Part shown: positions 20,067-29,676 of the stretch, in pieces
Layout of the letters: each line of letters begins with the position of its first letter
Numbering within the stretch: position 1 is the first letter of the stretch
IMG/VR virus record: IMGVR_UViG_3300032007_000001
Source of the DNA: a virus
Lineage: Duplodnaviria > Caudoviricetes
Length of the DNA: 64,000 nt
Reading direction: 5' to 3' (one strand)
The notes under the pieces: model-generated
What the model saw: only the letters and a program-made list of their open reading frames with translations
Database searches by the model: none
What the model was told of the DNA's origin: nothing
Made by a program: the position numbers and the translations under genes

Positions 20067-21824
20067 ATGACTATTAGTATAAATGATATAATCAATTATG
20101 GAAATGCAAAATTCAAAGTAGTAAAAACAGCTACAAGTAACGATATAAATTTTGTTGTTGATAGAATCAATGCAATCGACAAAAACAGAAAAAATTCAAC
20201 AGTATATTCATTAGGAGATATTGCTTTCTCGCCAAACCTACCGTCCTCGCTGTTGCTTGAATGCACGACAGCCGGAACGACGGCAGCAACAGAGCCAGAT
20301 TTTTCAGACGCAGCAGAATGTGGTACGGTCAACGACGGAACGGCTGTCTGGACATACAAGAAACTTCTGAGCAGTGGTGGTAGCGCAGGCGGCGACGGTA
20401 TCCCGCTCGCGGCAATCATTCCGTGGGATAGCGACAGCAACGTAATTCCGCCCGGATTCTTGGAGTGTAACGGTCAAGCTGTATCGCGTGCCGATTACGC
20501 TGACCTTTTTGGCGTAATCGGCACGAAGTACGGTAGCGGTGACGGCTTGACCACGTTCAATGTTCCCGATTACACGGACGGCGTATTCCTTGAAGGTTCG
20601 GACACTGCGGGAACGGAACACGCTCCGGGTTTGCCGAATATTGAAGGCGAGTTTGCCAGTGTTTTTTATAACAATTATGTATATGGAACAGGGGCATTTG
20701 TGAAAGGAGAAGTACACGGCAATCTCGGCGGCGGCGGCGTAGACGGATATAAAATGTCATTTGATGCTTCACAGTCTAACGCCATCTATGGCAACAGCGA
20801 TACCGTCCAGCCGAAATCCTCGACCACGCGATACCTCATAAAATTCATTCCGTCTGTCCCCGAATCCGAGGCAAGCGCGGCGGCATCTGCATCTGTGGCA
20901 CAGGCGGCGGCACAGGCGGCTGAATCCTACGCTGGGAGCGCTGGTATTCCTGTGAGCACTATGTTCCCGTATGCGGCAAACTCTGTCGACCCGCCAATGG
21001 GTTATCTGTTCTGCGATGGTAGCGCTGTTAGCCGTACCATGTACCCTGATTTGTTTGATGCCATTGGAACGACATACGGCACAGGCGACGGCTCTACGAC
21101 GTTTAATCTCCCGACAGCAAACGACGCGAGATATCTAGTCGGTTCGAATGTAGCTGGTACGATGCTGGCGGCAGGCGTGCCGAATATCGATGGGAATTTG
21201 GCAATCGACGCAAATATGCTTCACCCAACAAATAGTCTATGTGGTGCTTTTTATTCCGAAAGTACGCCTTCACAGGGAACGTGGTCTGCACCAACATCTT
21301 ACAGCGGAAATAGTTATTCTGTAAAATTTGACGCCTCTCAATCCAACGCCATTTACGGCAACAGCGACACTGTAACGCCGAAGTCTTTGTCTACGCGCTA
21401 TATCATCAAGGCGTATGACGGCGTAACTCCAGGTAGTGCTGGCATTGACTTGACGCATTATGCGTCTGCACTGAACTGCAAAGCAGACCGAGATTTGAGT
21501 AATCTTAGTAATGCTGGTAAGGCAAAAATTTCTTCTGATAATTTTCTTCCGGCGTATAATTCAATAATATCCATTACACAACAACAAATACTTGATGGAT
21601 ATACTGCACCTACGAATGGGTTTGTTATTTTATCCTTTTCATTATACGACAATGCTATATTAACTATTGATAACATACCTATTGGCATTGGATATACATA
21701 CAATGGACAAGAAGTTGACCCATCCACTTTTTTAATTTCCGAAGGAGAAGTTATTAAAGCGTCCGCAATATCTCTGTTTAGGTCTGCAAATTTTGTTCCT
21801 ATGAAAAGCGAGGTAAGTGTCTGA
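20067..21824 (+). CDS. Tail fibre protein, two collar domains, different C-terminal domain
   Basis: Colinear paralog of 15142..17097 up to GIDLxxYASxL; then YTAPTNGFV-type tip. Confidence 0.85.
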   Translation: MTISINDIINYGNAKFKVVKTATSNDINFVVDRINAIDKNRKNSTVYSLGDIAFSPNLPSSLLLECTTAGTTAATEPDFSDAAECGTVNDGTAVWTYKKLLSSGGSAGGDGIPLAAIIPWDSDSNVIPPGFLECNGQAVSRADYADLFGVIGTKYGSGDGLTTFNVPDYTDGVFLEGSDTAGTEHAPGLPNIEGEFASVFYNNYVYGTGAFVKGEVHGNLGGGGVDGYKMSFDASQSNAIYGNSDTVQPKSSTTRYLIKFIPSVPESEASAAASASVAQAAAQAAESYAGSAGIPVSTMFPYAANSVDPPMGYLFCDGSAVSRTMYPDLFDAIGTTYGTGDGSTTFNLPTANDARYLVGSNVAGTMLAAGVPNIDGNLAIDANMLHPTNSLCGAFYSESTPSQGTWSAPTSYSGNSYSVKFDASQSNAIYGNSDTVTPKSLSTRYIIKAYDGVTPGSAGIDLTHYASALNCKADRDLSNLSNAGKAKISSDNFLPAYNSIISITQQQILDGYTAPTNGFVILSFSLYDNAILTIDNIPIGIGYTYNGQEVDPSTFLISEGEVIKASAISLFRSANFVPMKSEVSV

Positions 21825-22168
21825 TGTATGCAAAAATAATAAATGAAACAACAAAAGAGTGCCAAGTCGGCATTGGAACTAATACTGCGTTTTATAAGTC
21901 GCTTGGTATGCGAGACATAGAAGTGGAACGTGGGATAGATGGCGCATGGTATGTAAAAGGATACGCGCTGCAGAAGTTACCAACAGACGAACTTCTTGCT
22001 AAACTTGACACAGAGTACACGCGGCAGAAAACCATGCTCATAGAACAATTTACAGACGATACACTTCACAATGACTCTGAAGCAATAGAAGCAGATAAAG
22101 CCTCAATGGCAGAACTCGATGCTTGGTATGATACTGAATATCAAAAACTTCAAGAAAATGAGAAGTAA
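21824..22168 (+). CDS. Tail fibre assembly-like protein
   Basis: Start overlaps fibre stop (TGATG); MYAKIINETTKEC.VGIGTN...DGAWYVKGYA. Confidence 0.55.
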   Translation: MYAKIINETTKECQVGIGTNTAFYKSLGMRDIEVERGIDGAWYVKGYALQKLPTDELLAKLDTEYTRQKTMLIEQFTDDTLHNDSEAIEADKASMAELDAWYDTEYQKLQENEK

Positions 22169-22170
22169 CC

Positions 22171-22305
22171 ATGTCTATTGTAAAGAAGTGTTGTATTTTT
22201 TGTCGAAAAGAACTTCGTGAAAACAGTACATGCCAGAATCCCGAATGTGTTCGTTATATTCCAGACGAGAATAAAGAAACATCTTCAGATAAAGAAGAAA
22301 AATAA
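22171..22305 (+). CDS. Small Cys-rich (zinc-ribbon-like) protein, 44 aa
   Basis: Not in track; MSIVKKCCIFCRKELRENSTCQNPECVRY... Confidence 0.5.
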   Translation: MSIVKKCCIFCRKELRENSTCQNPECVRYIPDENKETSSDKEEK

Positions 22306-22402
22306 TAAATAGAATAATATTTACAAAATAAAAATTTTCAACTTAAAAAATCATCTTCTTATATTTTATATATGAAATAAAAATTAAAGAAGGTGATATA
22401 CT

Positions 22403-23011
22403 GTGATATGGTTTCCTTATGCTATTCTTAATTTTATCGTTATGGTTTTTTGTTATTTAACGAATTGGTTTGTGTGTTTATTTGCAGATGAATGTGGTGA
22501 ATTACCTCATATCTTTAGAATGTGGCAAACATGGGATGATTCAACAGATTGCGGATTCTTGGTCAAAACAGTTGTACCAAAATTCTTAAGATATGATTTC
22601 GATAGACACTATGAAGAATATGAAAGTACAACACCAGATTTAGAAAAAGTTGGCAGAAAACGTTGGTTTGTAAGACTTAAAGACCCAAATTTCACAACAA
22701 AAGAAAAAATACAAAGATATTTCTGCAGAGTATGGTGGTTAACTAGAAATTGCAGTTATGGATTTGCATTTTGGTGTTTTGGTTTTATTGTCGAACCACA
22801 AAATATGGTATGGATAAAATATACTGATGACTATCGTTTGGGATATGATAAATCGAGAAACATTTTAATTCGTCCATGGGTATTGAAAAGCAATAGAAGA
22901 ATCAATAAATATATGATATGGGAAGTTTTCCTTGGTTGGAAAATTTCAAATGAACATGATACTCCAATGCAATGCATGATAGCAACAAGACCAACAATTA
23001 GATTTGAATAA
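22403..23011 (+). CDS. Phage membrane-associated hypothetical protein
   Basis: Hydrophobic N-terminus, ELP..WQTWD and WWLTRNCSYGF motifs. Confidence 0.6.
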   Translation: MIWFPYAILNFIVMVFCYLTNWFVCLFADECGELPHIFRMWQTWDDSTDCGFLVKTVVPKFLRYDFDRHYEEYESTTPDLEKVGRKRWFVRLKDPNFTTKEKIQRYFCRVWWLTRNCSYGFAFWCFGFIVEPQNMVWIKYTDDYRLGYDKSRNILIRPWVLKSNRRINKYMIWEVFLGWKISNEHDTPMQCMIATRPTIRFE

Positions 23012-23014
23012 ACG

Positions 23015-23044
23015 AAAGAGTGGAGAGATTTCTCCACTCTTTTA
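23015..23044. terminator. Bidirectional terminator
   Basis: AAAGAGTGGAGA-GATT-TCTCCACTCTTT. Confidence 0.7.
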
Positions 23045-23302
23045 TAAAAAATTAAATTTCTCTATTCTACAACGTAATTACCTTAAATCACATGTTCCCC
23101 AATTTCCTCCAGCATTATCACTAGAAGAATCAGTTGCGCCATAATCACTATAAGTATTATGGTTTCCATACCAAAGTGGGCCTTCCCACACTTTTTTATG
23201 TTTTTCTTTTTCTTTTTTCTTTAAGCGTTTTATTACTTTTTTAGATTCCAAATTATCACATCCTTAGTTCATTATGGAATCACAAACAATAAAATTGCAA
23301 TA

Positions 23303-23818
23303 TTATTTAATTAAATCAATCTTAAAATTATCTGGCCATAATTTAATATAATATGAAATGCGAGTTTCGCAAGGTTCTTCATGTGTATATGAACGTTCTT
23401 CTTCTTCATCATATTCTTCTACTTCATATGTATCTCTTTCAATATCATATGTAAATTCATGCTGTTCCAAACCTTCACCAAAACCGTCACTGCATTGACC
23501 TTCAATCCAATCTTTAAGTTTTTCAATTTCTTGGTCATTTAAGATGCGATTTGTTGTTACTGTGGAAATCAATTTACCATTTTCCAATTTCATCGAAATA
23601 CCAGTAGCAAAATCAAAATCATCTCTAATAACTTCATTTAAGTATTCAACATCTTCACTTTGCATAAATGCGTTCAATTCATCTTCATCAAACTTAGAAT
23701 AATCTTCTTCGTATGCATCTTCTTCACCAGTTTCTTGGCAATAAGATTCAACATTCATAACATAATTACTTTCAAAAGTATAAACATTGTTTTCTGCTTT
23801 TTTAATAAGATGTTTCAT
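23303..23818 (-). CDS. Acidic hypothetical protein with MKHLIKKA leader
   Basis: WIEGQCSDGFGEGLEQ motif; leader identical to that of 46453..46686. Confidence 0.65.
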   Translation of the reverse strand: MKHLIKKAENNVYTFESNYVMNVESYCQETGEEDAYEEDYSKFDEDELNAFMQSEDVEYLNEVIRDDFDFATGISMKLENGKLISTVTTNRILNDQEIEKLKDWIEGQCSDGFGEGLEQHEFTYDIERDTYEVEEYDEEEERSYTHEEPCETRISYYIKLWPDNFKIDLIK

Positions 23819-23860
23819 TGAAAAAATCCTCCATTATAACTTAAAAATAAATTATATCAC

Positions 23861-24682
23861 TCAATAATGTATATTGCTTGATTTATTGTTATCTTTATAT
23901 TGAAATACTGGTCTAAAAGACGATAAATAATCGAATTTTACAGTTGTTGATTGTTGATGTTTAGCATGATTAGATGAAGAACTAGCTGTCCAATTATAAG
24001 TTAATGTGTATGTATCTTTTAATTTCGCAATTGTTTCTTTTTTAGTACAGTTTGTTAAAAAAGATTTTTGCTGATATTCATAATACTTAAATTCCATGTT
24101 TGTAATGTTCTTTACCCAAAAATCTCCAATTATGTTAATTCCTAATAATAGCTGTTTGGCTGGATATGAATATGTGCATATATTACTGTTAATATTATCT
24201 TGTAAACAATTTGCAATAACATTAATAGTATATTCATATGATGTTGTATTTTCTTTAGAAACATTCCCATTACAAAGACTATTTCCGTATTCCGGATATT
24301 TAGCAATGATACTATTTTTATTTTTCATAATATTCCATCCAGCCGATGTCATTGGATTTACAACATTATCGTTTCCTCTTCTATACATACCAAAAGCACA
24401 GTAAATTGAATGTGATGGCGTAATAGCAAAATTCCAAACAGCATCGTTGTATTTTGTTATTGACCCGTTTAATGTACTATTTATTAAATATTTTTCTAAT
24501 TCATCTTTAGATAAAATTCTAACGTTTATTTGATTTACTGAAAAAGTGTCTTCGTCACTATCAGCTTCTAAAAGTGTATCTAAGGCGTTTTGTATATTTG
24601 GATTAGATGTGTTATATCCATTAGAAGATAAGATATCTAAGATTTGTGTTTTAACTTCATTAATTGTAGAAATAGGAATCAC
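23861..24682 (-). CDS. Tandem array paralog 5 (RILS/FRPVF family)
   Basis: VRILSKDELEKYLINSTLNGSI ... SFRPVFQYKDNNKSSNIHY. Confidence 0.7.
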   Translation of the reverse strand: MIPISTINEVKTQILDILSSNGYNTSNPNIQNALDTLLEADSDEDTFSVNQINVRILSKDELEKYLINSTLNGSITKYNDAVWNFAITPSHSIYCAFGMYRRGNDNVVNPMTSAGWNIMKNKNSIIAKYPEYGNSLCNGNVSKENTTSYEYTINVIANCLQDNINSNICTYSYPAKQLLLGINIIGDFWVKNITNMEFKYYEYQQKSFLTNCTKKETIAKLKDTYTLTYNWTASSSSNHAKHQQSTTVKFDYLSSFRPVFQYKDNNKSSNIHY

Positions 24683-24692
24683 CTACTTAAAT

Positions 24693-25358
24693 TTAATAAT
24701 ATATATTTGTAGACTTTTTATTATCTGCGAAATTAAAAACTGGTCTAAATGAAAGATTTATGTTAGCTGTAACGATAGTATAGTAATCTCCCCATTTTCC
24801 TCGCGCATATACTTGTGCCGCTTCTGCATTTACATTCAATGTTTTGTCTGCGTATTGAGTTACAGACTTTGTAGCAATATTACCTGATGATAAATAAGAC
24901 CCTTGACTTGCACTACTATAACATTTCAGAAGTATGTTTCTTATTATTGAATATTTGAATTGTTTATTTTGGTTATGAGATGATAATTCTCCATACATTT
25001 CAATTGTATATCTAGCATAATGAAGATAAGTAGACTGGTCAACATAATTAATAGCGTATGTGATTGATGTGTCTTGACTATATCCTGGATTTGATTGTCA
25101 AGCACCGCATGCACTATATGTATTTGGTTTATCATCATAATGTCACACATTAATATTTGTAGCACTAATACTTCCGTCTAATGTACTATTTTTTATAAAT
25201 TTGTCATATTCTAAATTAGACAAGGTTCTAACGCTAATAGAACTTTTTTTAATGGCAATATCATTTTTTTGCAAATCGGTCAATTGGTTTTTTAACGATG
25301 AATTTAAGTCAGAATTAATAGGCCGAGTATATAATTCATCTGAAATATAATGTGACAT
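24693..25358 (-). pseudogene. Tandem array paralog 4, single frame interrupted by two in-frame TGA codons
   Basis: Track ORFs 25143..25358 and 24693..24998 are in the same frame; the only stops between are TGA at 25143-25145 and 25098-25100; NINV*HY aligns with NINVWHY of paralog 3. Confidence 0.75.
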
Positions 25359-25370
25359 ATTGACCTTTCA

Positions 25371-26093
25371 TTATGAAAAAATATTAGTAGACTTATTGTT
25401 ATCCACATATAAAAATGCTGGTCTAAAAGAATTATGGATATTATAAGTGTGAGTTATTGTCCATTGGTTATGACCATTATTATATACATTGGTTGGTCCA
25501 TATTGATTAGAAAACGTTGCGATTGATTTACTTATATTTTGCAATTTAGAAAAAGTATGAAAAAAAGTATATGTGCTATAGTCGTAATAGCCGTAAGAAC
25601 CCTGATATGTAAATACAAAATCCGTAACCTGTTCTATTGGAAAATATGCTATACCCGTGTTAGATGTATTATTTGAAAGAATTTCACTATATATGGTAGT
25701 TGATGGAATTGTCATTTTTATACCATTTCCAGTTGTATCTCTCAATACAGAACTAACAGGATAATGTAATTTTGATGCTATACTTGCATTACAATCATTC
25801 CAATGATTCTGACTTGCATAAGCATAATGTAAGCCTCCAGCAAGCCCTTGGTAATGCCACACATTTATATTTTTCTTTGTTACAGAACCATTAAGCGTGC
25901 TATTTACTATATATTTATCATATTCGCTTAAAGATAAAATTCTAACAAAAATTGAATTATAATTAAGACTTATTTCATCACTGGTTTGAGAATTTACGAT
26001 TAAATCTCTGGATTGTTGAAATTCTTCAAGTGTATTCGCATTTATCAGTTGATTATATAATTCATTTGAAATAACATAAGACATACATTTCAC
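25371..26093 (-). CDS. Tandem array paralog 3
   Basis: VRILSLSEYDKYIVNSTLNGSV ... SFRPAFLYVDNNKSTNIFS. Confidence 0.7.
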   Translation of the reverse strand: MKCMSYVISNELYNQLINANTLEEFQQSRDLIVNSQTSDEISLNYNSIFVRILSLSEYDKYIVNSTLNGSVTKKNINVWHYQGLAGGLHYAYASQNHWNDCNASIASKLHYPVSSVLRDTTGNGIKMTIPSTTIYSEILSNNTSNTGIAYFPIEQVTDFVFTYQGSYGYYDYSTYTFFHTFSKLQNISKSIATFSNQYGPTNVYNNGHNQWTITHTYNIHNSFRPAFLYVDNNKSTNIFS

Positions 26094-26911
26094 CTAAAAA
26101 TATTATCTGATTTATTGTTATCCTTAAAGTTGAAAACCGGACGGAAAGACGGCATATATCTGATATCATAATTATAGTTAAGTGGATAATGTGAATAAGA
26201 ATAATAAGGCTCAATATAAAAATTATATCTTTTAGCTAAAACAGAATTTTCATTTGTTTTATTAGTAAGTATTATAACTTCCTTATCAGTAAGTTTATAA
26301 TAAAATCCACTTAAATTTAACTTTGTATTCTCATCTGCTCCTCCGACGCCATATACAAATTCAAAATCATAAGTATTGTCTCCACCTACACTATTTTGCA
26401 ACAATGTATTATTTTGTAATAAACTTGTGTAAATTATAATATCAGAAATTACATTATAATCAGATATATAACCATACCTTCCATAATCAACCTGATAACG
26501 TGTTCCCCCTATTTCTGGATTACATACGAGAACCTGTTGATTTACATGCGATAATGCTATTTTAGAGTCAAAGGGGAATTTTACAATATAATTGTTGTTA
26601 TTACACACTCCGCCTTGTTGTTTTGCATTTGACTTGCGTGAAAGTTGGAAAAAAGCATAAAAAACACCCTTAATTTTACCAGTATACTGATAATGAAAAA
26701 CTTCGTTGTTACCAGCTAGAATAGAGCCGTTTAATGTGCTATTAAATATATATTTTTCATATTCTTCTTTAGATAATATTCTTATAAGAATTTTATTGTT
26801 TAAATTCTTATTATCTACATTAGAATTATTATTTAATATATCTAATGCTTCTTTAGATATTAAAGAAGCAAGATTATTATATTGTTCATCTGTTAAATTA
26901 ATTGTTTTCAT
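26090..26911 (-). CDS. Tandem array paralog 2
   Basis: IRILSKEEYEKYIFNSTLNGSI ... SFRPVFNFKDNNKSDNIFR. Confidence 0.7.
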   Translation of the reverse strand: MKTINLTDEQYNNLASLISKEALDILNNNSNVDNKNLNNKILIRILSKEEYEKYIFNSTLNGSILAGNNEVFHYQYTGKIKGVFYAFFQLSRKSNAKQQGGVCNNNNYIVKFPFDSKIALSHVNQQVLVCNPEIGGTRYQVDYGRYGYISDYNVISDIIIYTSLLQNNTLLQNSVGGDNTYDFEFVYGVGGADENTKLNLSGFYYKLTDKEVIILTNKTNENSVLAKRYNFYIEPYYSYSHYPLNYNYDIRYMPSFRPVFNFKDNNKSDNIFR

Positions 26912-26922
26912 ATTATATCAAC

Positions 26923-27596
26923 TCAATAGCAAATATTTTGAGATTTATTATTATCTTGATAAGTAAAAACTGGACGGAAACCCAATATAATATCATATGT
27001 ATAATAAGGGTCCATATTTAACCCAGTGTATTTTGGTGTTCGTTGATTTAAGTTTTTTATAAAATTTTTATTGGCTTGAAACGAAGTTTCAATATTAACA
27101 CTGTGATATTTGTCTTTACCGTAATAAGTTGGGAAAAAATATCTATAACTGATTTTTTTGTTTTTCTTGATATACAATTATTATTTTCATTATTTTCACT
27201 TAATTCATATATAAATACTAAGTGACCAAAAGCTCCTTTTATATCACTTGTACGTATTCTATAAATATTAGGATTATTATATAATTTACTATTGTGTGCA
27301 TCCTTGTCACCAGTATAGTACCATACAAGTGCTGACGCACCATCTCTATCACAAAAATGAAATACGCTATCGCTTCGTTTGTTTATTGCGCCATTACAAG
27401 TGTTATTCATTAAATATCTATCATATTCACTATTAGATAAAATCCTAATTGCGAATATATTATTATTTAATTTTTCATTATTGTTCTCTTTAAAAGAAGC
27501 AATAAATAAAGTTTTACTTTCTTCATTAGAAAATGAAGAAAGTAATTGGTTATATGTTTCGTTTGAAATGTTTGCCGTATACGACACAATCATCAC
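26923..27596 (-). pseudogene. Tandem array paralog 1, frameshifted
   Basis: N-terminal motif (IRILSNSEYDRY) in ORF 27057..27596; C-terminal motif (GFRPVFTYQDNNKSQNICY) in the -1 frame ORF 26923..27177; A7 and T6 runs lie in the overlap. Confidence 0.7.
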
Positions 27597-27718
27597 CAGA
27601 AAATATTAGTTAATTTATTGTTATAAACTACATCTACTACAAATGGATGTACCACAACACCCTCTATCCCATAGCTATAAGCTAAGCATTTAGAACTACT
27701 TTTTTGTAGAATTTTCAT

Positions 27719-28006
27719 TTAATTACCATATTCATATAAATATCTTTTCATAATTTCAAACCTAACGGTTTCTATTTCTTTTTCCAATTTAAAAATATAT
27801 CTATTATACTCAGAATAATTGTTCAAAATAAATAATGAAAAAAATTCTTTTTTATTTTTCAAATTAAAAATAGAATCTAAAACAGAAATGCCTTCTTTTG
27901 ATAAAAAAGATGATTCCATCGTAATGACGAAACCATCTGCATCAAACGATATTAAAATTTTAATACCAAAACTTTTCTTATTAAATCTTTTTATAAAAGC
28001 ACTCAT
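27719..28006 (-). CDS. Hypothetical protein
   Basis: 95 aa, ATGA overlap with upstream gene. Confidence 0.5.
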   Translation of the reverse strand: MSAFIKRFNKKSFGIKILISFDADGFVITMESSFLSKEGISVLDSIFNLKNKKEFFSLFILNNYSEYNRYIFKLEKEIETVRFEIMKRYLYEYGN

Positions 28007-28776
28007 ATAAACTTCGCCATCTTAGCACATACATCGTATATATATGCATTTTCTTCATCGTAAAGATAATACATAGACCTTACATAATTGAAAAATTCCA
28101 ATATGTTAAGCAAATAATGACATTGCCTATTTGCTTCTCCGAAATACTCAAGATTTATCCTATATGTATTATGTACACCGTCTCTTCCATTCATATATTT
28201 TGTGTCCATTGTATCGCAATCGTTCATGTGATTATATGCTTCTCTTAAATTGACAAACATATAATGCCCATGACAATGGTCAAAAGCACTAAAGAATGGC
28301 GTATCACTAAAAATAAGCAAAAACGGATTTTCACACGTACTTAAATAATGATTTATTTCTCTATCATTGAATGCTGCTTCTCTAACAGCCGTTTTTCCAT
28401 TTTTCAATTGAAATTGACGAATTGCTGTAGGACCAAGCATTTTTACGTCAACACCAACTCTAAACCTTGAAGAAAAATCTATAGCACTATAATCAACGTT
28501 TGGGTGGTTCTTTGTAAACGTATATACATTTACATCACCATTGTACTTAAATACACTTCCGAAAAAATAATTTTTCGAAAAAGATATTTCTCCAATTCTT
28601 CCTTCTATTAAAGCTTTACATTTCCGGTCAGCTTGTTCTGGTCTTAAATTATTGACATAATTATAGATACCAGTTGTATGGTCCTTAAAAATTGGAGAAT
28701 TATTTATTAACGTCTGCATATATTCAGAACAATATTTTTGCAGCAATTCTTTTTGTAACCAATGCATTTTCATCAC
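28003..28776 (-). CDS. Hypothetical protein, possible PD-(D/E)XK nuclease
   Basis: EGRIGE ... VDY ... VDVK pattern. Confidence 0.3.
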   Translation of the reverse strand: MMKMHWLQKELLQKYCSEYMQTLINNSPIFKDHTTGIYNYVNNLRPEQADRKCKALIEGRIGEISFSKNYFFGSVFKYNGDVNVYTFTKNHPNVDYSAIDFSSRFRVGVDVKMLGPTAIRQFQLKNGKTAVREAAFNDREINHYLSTCENPFLLIFSDTPFFSAFDHCHGHYMFVNLREAYNHMNDCDTMDTKYMNGRDGVHNTYRINLEYFGEANRQCHYLLNILEFFNYVRSMYYLYDEENAYIYDVCAKMAKFI

Positions 28777-28815
28777 CCATTTTATATTTTACCATAAAAA
28801 TGCTTTTTTGGTTTA

Positions 28816-29256
28816 TTATTTTGAAAAATTTTTTATAATTTTTGATGCTAATTTTCCATCAAACATGCCAGCATAATTTTCTTTTAATTTATTCATTACC
28901 AATCCAATTATTTTCTTATCGTTAATATCAAAGTCTTTTATATAATTTTGAATAACCTCTGTCAGTTCTTCTTCAGTTAACTGCTTTGGAATATACTTTT
29001 GAAGCAATTTAATTTTATCTTCATATTCTAAGACTCTAGATGGGTCTTTTTTCTTTAGTAAATCAATGACTTCTTCTGATTTAGACTGAAAATTCTTCAT
29101 TATCTTAATAGCTTCTTCGTCTGTTGTTTGACGATTGCCATTGTTTTTACCAAACATCACAACATCAGAATATATCGTTGAAAGAAATGTCACCACGTCT
29201 TTTCTTTTGGCCTTTCTAGCCTCGTCCAAATCTTTCTTAATAGTATCTACTATCAC
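28816..29256 (-). CDS. GatB/YqeY domain protein
   Basis: ARKAK, YIPKQLTEEEL, IGLVMNKLKE..G..DGK. Confidence 0.85.
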   Translation of the reverse strand: MIVDTIKKDLDEARKAKRKDVVTFLSTIYSDVVMFGKNNGNRQTTDEEAIKIMKNFQSKSEEVIDLLKKKDPSRVLEYEDKIKLLQKYIPKQLTEEELTEVIQNYIKDFDINDKKIIGLVMNKLKENYAGMFDGKLASKIIKNFSK

Positions 29257-29672
29257 TTGTATATCTCCTCTCTAATCTTTTCCAAATCACCATGTATAAT
29301 GATAGGAGAAAAACCGTGTATCTCATCATATAATATTCCTGGTGGGATATCATTATAGAGATAAATCTTCTTCTTTTTCATAAATGCTTCATATATTTCT
29401 ATGAACGTTGAACCGCCAATATAATTTTTTTGATTCTTAGTGGAAAAATTCAATACTAATACAGCATCAACTTCTCTAATTCTTGCTCTTGACAAATAAA
29501 ACATTGATTTTTTAAATAACTGATGCGTATCATTTTCCCAACTTTTATCTTCAGCAGTTGGATTATCATAATTATTAGGAAGAAGAACAGTATGCCCAGA
29601 TTGAATCAATTGTCTTTGTATATCTGGTATTACGTTATAAAATCTTTTGCTGCATATAATCCAAATTTTCAT
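29253..29672 (-). CDS. Nucleoside 2-deoxyribosyltransferase-like fold protein
   Basis: KIWIICS, DAVLVLN, YIGGSTFIEIYEA, KKIYLYN. Confidence 0.5.
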   Translation of the reverse strand: MKIWIICSKRFYNVIPDIQRQLIQSGHTVLLPNNYDNPTAEDKSWENDTHQLFKKSMFYLSRARIREVDAVLVLNFSTKNQKNYIGGSTFIEIYEAFMKKKKIYLYNDIPPGILYDEIHGFSPIIIHGDLEKIREEIYK

Positions 29673-29676
29673 AATA

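Noticed and set aside
15142-21824. Invertase-driven tail fibre shufflon
   Set aside because: All cassettes are on the same strand, with no recombinase gene or inverted crossover sites seen
24944-25165. Separate 73-aa ORF implying two frameshifts in paralog 4
   Set aside because: The family-like sequence continues in the original frame through two TGA codons, so this ORF is an off-frame artefact
23861-27596. Diversity-generating retroelement target array
   Set aside because: FRPVF ends are suggestive, but no reverse transcriptase, Avd or near-identical TR/VR pair differing at adenines is visible in the window
27593-27718. Structured ncRNA in an apparent intergenic gap
   Set aside because: The gap is filled by a 41-aa ORF (MKILQKSSSKCLAYSYG...) coupled to both neighbours; no convincing RNA fold
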